From contig JBNRSN020000011.1 of the NCBI GenBank assembly GCA_051313645.2, forward strand, positions 176,080,001-176,144,000: a DNA stretch of 64,000 nt. Direction: 5' to 3'. Below the pieces are notes generated by a model that saw only the letters and a program-made list of their open reading frames with translations, was not told the DNA's origin and ran no database searches. Positions 10,961 to 21,134 of the stretch are shown here, one piece after another. Each line of letters opens with the position of its first letter. Position 1 is the first letter of the stretch. Source of the stretch: Centroscyllium fabricii. Lineage: Eukaryota. Position numbers and translations under genes: made by a program.

Positions 10961-11289
10961 GCTATTGTAGGCATCTGCTCTTTAATGGGATGCTGGCAGA
11001 GAAAAGGGGGAGCACATAGCTTGTAGGTCTTCGCTTCTTCCTGTGTCCCAAAGTCTCTTCAACTTAGCCCCCCCAGTACCTTAACTTATATCCAGTCCTG
11101 TTCAGCCCTCACCCCTGTGCTCACTGACCTACATTGGCTCCCAGTCCAGCTACGCCTTATTTAAAAAAAAAAAAAAAAAAAAAAATTTTTTTTAAAAATC
11201 AAAGTTCAAATCTCTCCATGGTCTTGACCCTCCCTATCCCTGTAACCTCCTTTGGCCCTATAACTCTCCAAGATCTCTGTTCCTCCAAT

Positions 11290-11457
11290 TCATAGAATCA
11301 TAGAATCCCTACAGTGCAGATAGAGGCCATTTCGGCCCATCGAGACTGCACCGACACATATCCCACCCTATCCCCGTAACCCCACACATTTAATCCCCCT
11401 AACACTAAGGGTCAATTTATCCTGGCCAATCAACCTAACCCGCACATCTTTGGACTC
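11290..11457 (-). mobile_element. 5'-truncated V-SINE with the shorter alternative tail
   Basis: AGTCCAAAGATGTGCGGGTTAGG body followed by GGCCTCTATCTGCACTGTAGGGATTCTATGA. Confidence 0.8.
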
Positions 11458-11809
11458 TTGCCCCTTCTGCTGCCCCTGCATTTCTTTCACGTCAGAATTG
11501 GTGGCCAAGCCTTCAGCTGTCTAAGCCCCCAATATCCAGAATCCTCTCGCAAAACATCTCTGCTTTTCCACCCCTCCTCCTTTTTAAGACACTCCTTTTT
11601 AAAATCTACCTCTTTGACCAATCTTTTAGTCACCCTTCCTAATGTCTTCTCCTTTTGACTCTCTCTCTATTTTTCTGATTACCGGTGAAGTGCCTTGGGA
11701 CGTTTTAGTACGTTAAAGGCGCTATTTAAATGCAAGTTGTTCTGGTCATTGCAAACATAAAGTTCCCTTGAACATTATTTGTACAACTTCCTGAAGTGAG
11801 CTGGATGTG

Positions 11810-11914
11810 ATTTTAAACAGTTGAAACTTGATCTGTGGAATACTGTTTGCAATCGGATGCATATTTTAAACAGTTGAAATTTGATCTTCAGAATACTTTT
11901 TCAATCGGATGCAT
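11810..11914. repeat. Local tandem duplication of about 53 bp
   Basis: ATTTTAAACAGTTGAAA.TTGATCT...CAATCGGATGCAT occurs twice in a row. Confidence 0.85.
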
Positions 11915-12205
11915 ATTGCATATTTATCTGGAATCAATCAGACATTTTCCACTTTTTAAAAATTTTGGTTTCCCTTCACTGCCTTTGTCCCAAAGGCCCT
12001 AGCTCATACTGAGGTACAATTCTAATGATGCTAGGTGCACCCAAACAACTCTTCCAAGTGGCCATTTTCCATGGGTCAGTGAGTATTGAACGCGACTATT
12101 TGAACGCGTCACAGGCCAGCCTCAACCTGTCATTCAACTACCCTGCAGCGGGTAGTCAAAACTGCCCAACGAATCACCGGCACCCAGCTACCATCAATTG
12201 AATGC

Positions 12206-12460
12206 AAGAAGTCACACAACACCAGGTTATAGTCCAACAGTTTTATTTGAAATCACAAGCTTTCGGAGCACTGCTCCTTCGTCAGGTGGAAGAGAAATTG
12301 ATCCAAAGAAAGCACATGGATCAACTTCTCTTCCACCTGAGGAAGGAGCAGCGCTCCGAAAGCTTGTGATTTAAAATAAAACTGTTGGGCTATAACCTGG
12401 TGTTGTGTGACTTCTTGCATTTGTCCACCCCAGTCAAACACCGGCACCTCCACATCATCA
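12206..12460. mobile_element. Penelope-like inverted cassette, family 1, with two hammerhead motifs
   Basis: Same arms as 10691-10960, with cores CUGACGA (minus) and CUGAGGA (plus) and flanking duplication TTGAATGCA. Confidence 0.8.
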
Positions 12461-12689
12461 CTTGAATGCACCTACCTTAAACGCTGCCTACGGAGGTCTC
12501 ACAACATTATTATTAAAGACCCCACACACCCCAGCCATAGTCTGTTCGCCCCCCTGCCCTCCGGGAGACGCTACAGATCAATTCGCACCCACACGACCAG
12601 ATTCAAGAACAGTTTCTTCCCCAGGGCTGTCAGTCTCCTGAAAAAAAACTCCAGTATCTGCACACCTGAAATGTACTTATTGTATGTTA

Positions 12690-13454
12690 AGGGGCTGTCA
12701 CACCTTGATGTTTTAGCCAGCATATGCAAATTTGGCTAAAACGCTGGTTTACGTCGGATACGTTATGGGTACGTTTTGTATACGTTATGAGCACGCTGGC
12801 ATACGCTGGCCATACGTTGCATACGTCGTTGTACCTCGAGTAAGTCGAGATTTTTTGAGCATGCACAAAAAATCTCGACGTATCTAGCGTATGATTCACA
12901 CGTTCCGCATACGCTGGCCATACGTTGTAGGCACGTTAGGCGATCGTTGACACACGTTACTTGTAAGTTAGTCATACGTCAAAATACGTCGAGATAATGT
13001 CTAGCGTACCCGGAACTTATGTCTAACCTATGAGTAACGTGCTTTGAACCTATGTGTAACGTATCTCCAACGCATATTGACGTATTTGACGTCTTCCGGA
13101 CGACCACAGAACTTATGCCCCTGTCATGCCCTGTCACACCTTGACGATTTAGCTAGCTTATGCCGACGTATCAAAATTTATCTAAAACGTCGGAGATACG
13201 CTGCCGCGCGCTATGCATACGTTAGACTATCATTGGGCATAAGTTGTGAACGCCGACAACACGCTAAGCATTCGTTGGTATAAGTTATCTGTAACTTATC
13301 GAAACGTTCTGTGTACGTTACTAATACGTATGCATACGTCCAATACGTTATGAATACGCTATTATACGCCCAAAACTGGAAAAAAAGGTCGAAAGTTCAG
13401 CGTTTTAGCCAAATTTGCATACGCTGGCTAAAACGTCAAGGTGTGACAGGGCCT
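12690..13454 (+). mobile_element. Harbinger-type MITE, copy 2
   Basis: TIRs AGGGGCTGTCACACC/GGTGTGACAGGGCCT extend to about 55 bp, with TSD TTA. Confidence 0.9.
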
Positions 13455-13784
13455 TTAACTTATTTGCACTACTCTCGGGAGCGGCGAGTCTTCGTTTCGT
13501 TGTATTGTACTAGCACTCTGCAATGACAATAAAATTTAATTGAATTGAACGCGCGCACACACATGAGAACAGTTAACTCTGGGTAGATCAGGGACTGAAT
13601 GTGGGCCTTTCCTGGGTTCTATGACTCTGTATTATCCCCCGCAGCGCACTTGCCAGCGGGGAGGTACTTTGCTCTTTGGTGTGATAGCATCTTAACCTTT
13701 ACATTAGCAACACAAACTCAAACTGAGGCTTGTCCAAGAAGTTTGAAAGCCTCTTTTTATATTGTTGGAAGAGTTCTTAAAGGG

Positions 13785-14190
13785 CCGCTTAGCACGCTCG
13801 CCTCTGAGGCAGAAGGTTGTGTTTTGAGGTGCCACTCCAGAGACTTGAGCACAAAATCTAGGCTGACACTTCAGTGCAATGCTGAAGGAAGGAGTGCTGC
13901 ACTGTCAGAGGTACTGTTGTTTGGGTGAGACGTCTGCTCTCTCGGGTAAAAGATCCCATGACACCAGTTCTCTCTGAACCGGTCAATATTTATCTCTCAA
14001 CTGGAATCAATTAAAAACAGGATTTGGTCATAAATCTTATTGCTGTTGATGGGAGCTTGCTGCATGCAAATTGGCTGCCGTAATTCCTCTATTAAAACAG
14101 TAACTACACTTCAAAAGTACTTCACTGGTTGTAAAGTACTTCTGTAACATCCTGAGGTTGTGAAAGCTGCTGTATAAATGTAATTTCTAT
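13785..14190 (+). mobile_element. Deu-domain tRNA SINE (SacSINE1-like)
   Basis: Head CTCTGAGGCAGAAGGTTGTG...CCACTCCAGAGACTTGAGCAC and L2-like tail TTGTAAAG...TGAAAG...TATAAATG. Further copies are at about 15705-16095(-), 18540-19345(+), 37940-38075(+), 43200-43540(-), 43925-45120(+), 47870-48235(-) and 58540-59565(-). Confidence 0.75.
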
Positions 14191-14200
14191 CTTTTTTTAT

Positions 14201-15637
14201 GGGCCAGATTTTGCTGAAATAAATGTGAATGATGCTCGTTGTTAGTGCACAAATCATCCAGCAACTTGTGGCAAGGAAGAGAGACCCTACGAATCGCGAC
14301 AATTTTCACTGCTCCGCCATTACCCTCACACAGAATTCATCTCACACTTAACCTCCCTGTGATTTTCATGAAGTTGTTGCATTTGCACATTAGTTGCCCA
14401 TTGAACTTGCCACAGATAGTCAAGTCTAGTAATTAATAGAGTAAGTACCCTTTTAATGACGTGCGAATTGTTCGTGACTGCCAATCAACCGCTCTTGCCC
14501 AGAAACTGAATAATTGTAAGTGTGGTGTTTCATTCCTTCAGGTTGTGAATAGTTTTAGGAGATTTTTAAAAAGTCATTTAAATGTTTCTTTTCTCTTTAC
14601 CTGATTTGACATTTAACTCGCTCTCCTTCTCTGTCCTTGCTCTGTTTATTTTTCAATCCTTTAATCTCATTGGTTAAGGAGATACGCTGTTTGTCCCATT
14701 GCTCACCAAAGTCCCAGGTATCCTGGTTCCCTCTCTGCACCATGATCAGCTCGCAATTCCAGAAACATAGGGGGCGATTTTTTTAAACAAAATTTCCCGA
14801 AGGGCAGGAACCTGGCGGGGATTGGTCGGGGCGGGTTCCTGTCCCGCCTGGCCAAGATCCTGGGAACCCCATGCAATTTTCATTTAATTGAGCAATTAAA
14901 TCCCCGCGTGGGGGAGCCGCTAGAAATTGACTCAATCGAGTCGGAGCTCCAGCGGGCTGCAAGCATCTCGACAGACAGTTCCAGCACTGGTTGTTGACCG
15001 TTCCCATGGAAACACTCCACTGTGACATCACAGTGAAGCGTACCCAATGGGAAAGGCCAAGTGCTGACAGGTGGGCGGGCGGGAACCGATTATTTGACAG
15101 CTAGCCAGCGGCTGTCAGCAAATCTGCAAAGGGTAGATTTGAGTTTTTGGGCACAGCTGGTGTTCACACAATGGAGTGACTTGCTCCTCCATGGTGTTGA
15201 AGGCGAGTGAAGCATTTTGCTGCAGGTCCTTCAGCACCTTGAAGGAGAAAGTTATGAACAGCGCTGTGCTCCTGCTGGGTTTTCACCAGCGGAGTTTTAG
15301 GATGGCGGGGATTGGGTGGGAAGGGGGTGAAAATGGCTCTCGGCCCTTAAAATGGCATTACACGTGCCAATTAAGGGCCCTTAATGAGCTGACCACTCAT
15401 CCCCGCCGGCAGGGAACGATTCGGGGCGGGGGCGAAATGTTAAAGCAGTGGGGATCTGGCGGGGGGGGGGGGGTCGTGAGCCACTGGTTCCGCTATTTTG
15501 CTGGCCGACCCGCCAAAAACCCCGCCTCAAGCGGAGATGAAAATCACCCCCTTTGTGGGCAAAATATTTGAACCTAAATATGCGCGCACAAGTCTAACTA
15601 ACTGGGCAGTAAAACCTGCTCCAGGAAATTCTGACCC
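14201..15637. mobile_element. Putative nested non-autonomous DNA elements with short TIRs
   Basis: Outer GGGCCAGATTT...AAATTCTGACCC and inner GC-rich GGGGCGATTTT (about 14771)...AAAATCACCCC (about 15550). No clear TSD. Confidence 0.4.
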
Positions 15638-17104
15638 TGGTCTTCTGAATTTTCAAAGGAAAGGCCAGGACACCTGATTTAAAAAATAAAAAAAAAACCC
15701 TACCTTAATACAGCTCCTTCCCGGACATCCCAAAGTGCTTTACAGCCAATGAAGTACTTTTGAAGTGTAATCACTGTTGTAATGTAGGAAACACGGCAGC
15801 CAGCAGCAAAGTGATAATGACCAGATAATCTGCTTTAGTTCATTTGAGGGATAAATATCGGCCAGGACACAGGAAATAACTCCCCTCCTTTCTTCAAAAT
15901 AATGCCATCGGATCTTTTATGCCCACTTGCGAAAGCAGACGGGGCCACGGTTTAACGTCTCACCCGAAAGACTGCACCTCCGACAGCGCAGTACTCCCTC
16001 AGTACTGCGCTGGAGTGTCGACCGAGATTTTTGTGCTCAAATCGCTGCAGTGGGACTTGAACCCACAACCTACTGACCCAGGAGAGGAGGGTGCAACCCA
16101 ATTCTGCGGCTGATGTTTAGCAGCAGAATAATACAGCCCTTAATAAATGTTACAACGCTCCTGCCATTATCAAACTGGGAGCAATGCCATGGAAGCACTA
16201 TTTGTCTGGACATGAGTTGGAAAAAGTGACGAGGTAAACCCTAGGGACGTCAAGCCTTCTTTGCCATCTGTGCATCACTTCCATCTTTCGAACAATTAAC
16301 ATTTAATATTAAAACTTTTTTCTACACTCACTGGCGTGCAGTGAACTGCGGAGCTTTTTTCATTAGCGCCGCACTCTGAATGAAACCAGAAAGGTAACCT
16401 TGCTCTACTTTGAGCATTGACGTGCTGACGAGTGAAAGATTTATGTTGCTGTCTGTTTGGGAGCGCTAACTTGTCACCTCAGTAACGTAGAAAAAAAAAA
16501 GCTCGAGCAGGCTTCCCAAAGTTAATAAGTGACTGCGGGTGCCTGCTGCAAAAGGGGTCATGCTGGGAAGTGTTTGTCAATGCACCTGTGCTTCTGAAAG
16601 CCCAACTCTGGCAGCTTTAAACCAAACGTAGTAAGCAAATTCCTCGAAGATTGTGTCCCTTTTTTTAATACCGGATGAGCGCCGTTAATCCGGCAACTTC
16701 AGTCGTCCGGAACGAATCCGGCCGACTGATCTGTGCATGCGCGAAATGGCCGCTGCCTGGGCCTCCCCGAAAGATGAGTGCATGCGCAGACCATTCAAAA
16801 TGGCCACCGGCCTTTCACGGCAGCCATTTTGAATGGTCCCGAACGATTATAAATAATCTCAGATTCCAGTAGGTTTGCCAGCAGCAATGAACCATAACGT
16901 AGTAGTCGTCATTGATTATAATCTCAATTAATTCTGGGAAATTGAGAGCCCTTCCCAGTTCATCCGATTCATCTTTGGTTCTGCCAATGTTTTTATATGT
17001 TCTTTCCCCAACCTTTTTAAAGTGTGCAGCAGATAGTCTCCCTTATTTTAAAAGCTCTATGTTGGATGAATACATTTTAAAAGCTATATGTTGGATGAAT
17101 ACAT

Positions 17105-17490
17105 GGGCGGCACGGTGGCATAGTGGTTAGCATTGTTGCCTCACAGCACTGGAGACCCGGGTTCAAATCCGGCCTCGGGTACTATCTGTGTGGAGTTTGC
17201 ACATTCTCCCCGTGTCTGCGTGGGTTTCCTCCGGGTGCTCCGGTTTCCTCCCACTGTCCAAAGATGTGCGGGTTAGGTTGATTGGCCAGGATAAATTGAC
17301 CCTTAGTGTTAGGGGGATTGAATATGTGGGGTTACGGGGATAGGGTGGGATATGTGTCGATGCAGGCTCGAGAGGGATTTGGGGAGAGGGCAGGGGCGGG
17401 ATACTGGGTTTGGATGATCAGCCATGATCTCATTGAATGGCGGAGCAGGCTCGAAGGGCCGAATGGCCTACTCCTGCTCCGAGTTTCTAA
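17105..17490 (+). mobile_element. Full-length V-SINE
   Basis: tRNA head with A/B boxes, V-domain and CR1 tail. Other copies are at about 18685-19037(-), 35322-35630(+), 37525-37912(+), 38335-38735(-), 40137-40540(+) and 42620-42980(+). Confidence 0.92.
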
Positions 17491-17831
17491 AACTCCATTG
17501 TTTTTGTTATAATTATGGTACCTCTAGAATGAAACTGTGCCTTGAGCTGGTCCGTCTTGGCTGCACCTGGAAGAAAAGCTGAAGCTGCCTTAACGCTTTA
17601 TATCCGCCGTGGCTATACTGCAGACCCGAACTGTCGTATTATTCAAACTTGAGTGTGGGCAAAAACATCAAGAGAGTATATCTTTTGTGTGATTTATTTC
17701 AGCAACCAGAACACACGTTAACACAGTACTTTTAGTTTCAGTTTCCCTCCAGTTCCCTGTCACCCGGAACCTCAAGTAATGCACTTTGACCCTCCCATAA
17801 TGCCCCTTGCCATTATGCTATCAGATTACAC

Positions 17832-18300
17832 TGTGATAAACCCTTTTATCATATGTATATAGTTAACTGACATGTATCAATGTAATTACTGGGACATGCC
17901 CAGGTTAGCTCCGCCCACGACTCCTCCCTCCCTGGAGGAGGTATATAAGTGGCTACCACCCATCCCCCAGCCATACCTGGGGACAGTCGACTAGCTGGTG
18001 CATGTTCCAGTTAGTAGTCAATAAAAGCCTAATTGTTTCTTCATCTAACTACTTGTCCTCGAGGTCATTATTTCAGGTCACAATTTTATTGACTACTAAC
18101 TGGAACATGCACCAACTAGTCGACTGTCCCCAGGTATGGATGGGTGGTAGCCACTTATATACCTCCTCCAGGGAGGGAGGAGTCGTGGGCGGAGCTAACC
18201 TGGGCATGTCCCAGTAATCACATTACAGTACAGGTATTACATTGATACATAACGATACATGTCAGTTAACTATATACATATGATAAAAGGGTTTATCACA
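17832..18300. mobile_element. Palindromic LTR-derived insertion (LTR 17832-18082 plus inverted copy 18084-18300)
   Basis: TGTGATAAACCC...GGGTTTATCACA ends, TSD TACAC (17827-17831 and 18301-18305), TATATAA at about 17942 and AATAAA at 18020. Confidence 0.9.
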
Positions 18301-19674
18301 TACACCACACGAACGATCCCGGGCGTCCCCGAACGATGAGCGCATGTACAGACCATTCAAAATGGCGGGCGGCCTTTTGCGGCGGCCATTTTGAATGGTC
18401 TGCGCATGCGCTCGCTGAAGCTTCAATCGTTTTCAAAAATTCAGCACGGTCCTGGTCCCGACCGTGCCGGTTTAACGGTGCTCAACCTGTAATACATGTG
18501 AAAACTGGGAGCACTGATCTCAAACCACACTCTCTGCTGTCATCTTTGCCTCGGCGGGCAGAAGGTTGTGGGTTCAAGACCCACTCCAGAAACTTGAGCA
18601 CACAATCCAGGCCGACACACTCCGTACCGTACTGAGGGAGTGCTGCAATGCTGGAGGTGCCGTCTTTCGGCGGAGAGACAAACGCAGGAGTAGGCCATTC
18701 GGCCTTTCGAGCCTGCTCCGCCATTTTTGATGAGATTATGGCTGATCATCCAAGCCCAGTACCCCACTCCTACCCTCTCCCCATATGCCCCGACACCCCC
18801 AACTCCAAGAACTATATCTCACACACATACTCATGGGCAATTTTTAGTATCTCCAATTCACCTAACCTGCATGTCTTTGGGTGGTGGGAGGAAACCGGAG
18901 TACCCGGAGGAAACCCACATGAACACGGGGAGAACATGCAAACTCCACGCAGAGAGGTCCCGGGCCAAGCCGGATTCGAACCCAGGAGCTCCTTATTGTG
19001 AGGCAGCAGTGCTAACCACTGCGCCACCGTGTCGTCCATTTAAAACAAGGCCTCGTCTGCCCCCTCAGCTTGACCTTAAAAAATCCCATGGCGCTGTTTG
19101 AAGATGAGGTAGGTGGGTGGGGGGGGGGGGTGCGGAGTTCTACCTGGTGTCCTGGTCAATATGTATCCCTCAACCAACATCACAAACCGATTAACTGGTC
19201 ACTTATCTCATGTTTGTTCTTTGTGGAATTGTGCTGTGGGCAAATTCCTTGGCGCATTTACTTGCATTACAACAGTGACTGCAGTTTAAAAAGTAGGTAA
19301 TTGGCTGTGACGCATTTGAGATGCCCTGAGGATGATGAAGATGCTATATAAATGCAAATCCTTTCTTTACTTGGGCTTCCCAACAGCTCGTTCAGTGAAA
19401 TAACTGAGCCGTGCAGACCAGATGCCAGGTTTGATTTCCAGTCTGTGCTCAGTTATCTAGCATAGGGATTATAATTGCCTTCAGTGCCCCTAGAGTGCAG
19501 TAGCGGGCATGGGATCAACCCAGGGTCCTGATTGCTAACCAGTGACCCTTGCAAGAAACACACATATGGACTTTGGCCGAGGACGGGACTGAGCTTAGTT
19601 ATGATGCGCTCCGTGATTTAAAAAAAAAAGGAGTCTGCTGTCTGTCACCTTTTTTCAGGCTCCCAGATGAACCA

Positions 19675-19955
19675 CCAGTCTAAGGATAAGGGGTAAGCCA
19701 TTTAAGACAGAGATGAGGAGGAATTTTTTCATCCAGGGAGTGGTGAACCTGTGGAGTTCTCTACCACAGAAGGCTGCAGAGGCCAATTCATTAATTATAT
19801 TCAAGAAGGAGTTGGATATATTTCTTAAGGCTAAAGGGATATGAGGAGAAAGCGGGGACAGGGTACTGGGTTTGAATGATCAGCCATGATCTCGGCAAAA
19901 ATGGCGGAGCAGGCTCGAAGGGCCGAATGGCCTACTCCTGCTCCTATCTTCTATA
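19675..19955 (+). mobile_element. CR1 3' fragment
   Basis: CAGTCTAAGGATAAGGGGTAAGCC...GAGGAGGAATTT and the standard tail. Confidence 0.85.
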
Positions 19956-21134
19956 TGTGAAGGTACTCCTACAGTGCTGTTAGGGAGGGAGTTCCAGGAT
20001 TTTGACCCAGCGACCATGAAGAAACGGCCGATATACTTCCCAAGTCGGGATGGTGTGCGACTGGGAGGTGGCGGTGCTGTTCTCATGTACCTGCTGCCCT
20101 GGTCCTTCTAGATGGTGGTGGTCGTGGGTTGGGGTGACACATGATCTGGGGTGCAAAGACCGCATCCTCGGAGCTGCTGCCCGTCTGTTGAACCGTTACG
20201 CCGAGGCTCCACGTGCCTGTTCCAACGGTTCAGGTAAGTGTTAAAGATTACACCGCCCCATTTGAAGAGGGCGAGTAAACGGAGCTCGAGGGACGAGGCG
20301 ATGTTTGGCGAACGCCAAGCCTAACCTAAATGTTGGCACCAAATGCCGGGGGGACATGAGGGTCCAATTCTGTGCCCCTCTACTCCCGACGGAAAGTGGC
20401 GCTCGCAGACAGCGCTCCAGGGCAGATTGCGAGCTGCTACCCCATGATTTTCTGTGCAATCTGGGTGCCCCCTCTTGCAACAATACGCTGCTCTCTGTCG
20501 GGACCACGGAATTGGGACTACAATTCAAATGTTCCCATGCTCCTTTGTGCCATTGATGATGTGGAGGGCAAACATTTGTAAATAAAACACAAATTATACA
20601 TTTTATTGGCACTTGATCATTTTGTTTGGTTTAGCAGTTTTTATTTAAGAAAGCACTTGCATTTTTAATAGATCCTTTCACAAGCTTGGACCGTCCCTCC
20701 GTGCTTTACAGCCAATTAAGTATTTTTGAACTGTTGTGACGTAGGGAATTGTGGCAGCCAAGTTGTGCACAGTAAGCTCCCACCAACGGCAATGAAATGT
20801 CGCCAGATCATCTGTTTTTAGTGATGTTGCCTAGTGTGGTAACCATATTGTGTATACATCACCACTGTAATATTGTCGCCAATATTGGCCTTGTATGATA
20901 CACCGCTTTGTAACACTGTCGTGGAGCCAGGTCAGCCACACCTCTAACTCCTCCCCCAGGTGAGGCCCTTTATAGGTGAGGACTGACCGGGCTCCCTCAT
21001 TCTGTTCTGGATGTTCGATTGGAGGGTAGCTCCAAAGTAAGTTAATAAAAGCCTATAGTTAAGGTCACTACTCGTTTAGTCTTTTATTAAGACAAATTGA
21101 CGATCTGTCAATTTTATTAACTTAAAAATTTGAA

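Larger units (their letters stand above)
12140..13548 (+). mobile_element. Second Rex1/Babar-like 3' fragment carrying Penelope and Harbinger insertions
   Basis: LQRVVKTAQRITGTQLPSIEC then YLKRCLRRS..IIKDPTHPSHSLFAPLPSGRRYRSIRTHTTRFKNSFFP. It has the same tail as 6700-6830. Confidence 0.85.
16671..18489. mobile_element. Putative pogo/Tigger-like element (or two related fragments) spanning later insertions
   Basis: TA|CCGGATGAGCGCCGTTAATCCGG ... CCGGTTTAACGGTGCTCAACCTG|TA, with subterminal CCATTCAAAATGG...CCATTTTGAATGG palindromes at both ends. The termini match the MITE at 56589. Confidence 0.55.

Noticed and set aside
13044-13283. 79-aa ORF nearly repeated at 53231-53470
   Set aside because: The similarity reflects two copies of the same MITE. 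There are no transposase or Myb/SANT motifs and the start codon is TTG.
17105-17180. tRNA-like sequence with A and B boxes
   Set aside because: It is a SINE head continuing into the V-domain and is repeated many times; it is not a tRNA gene.
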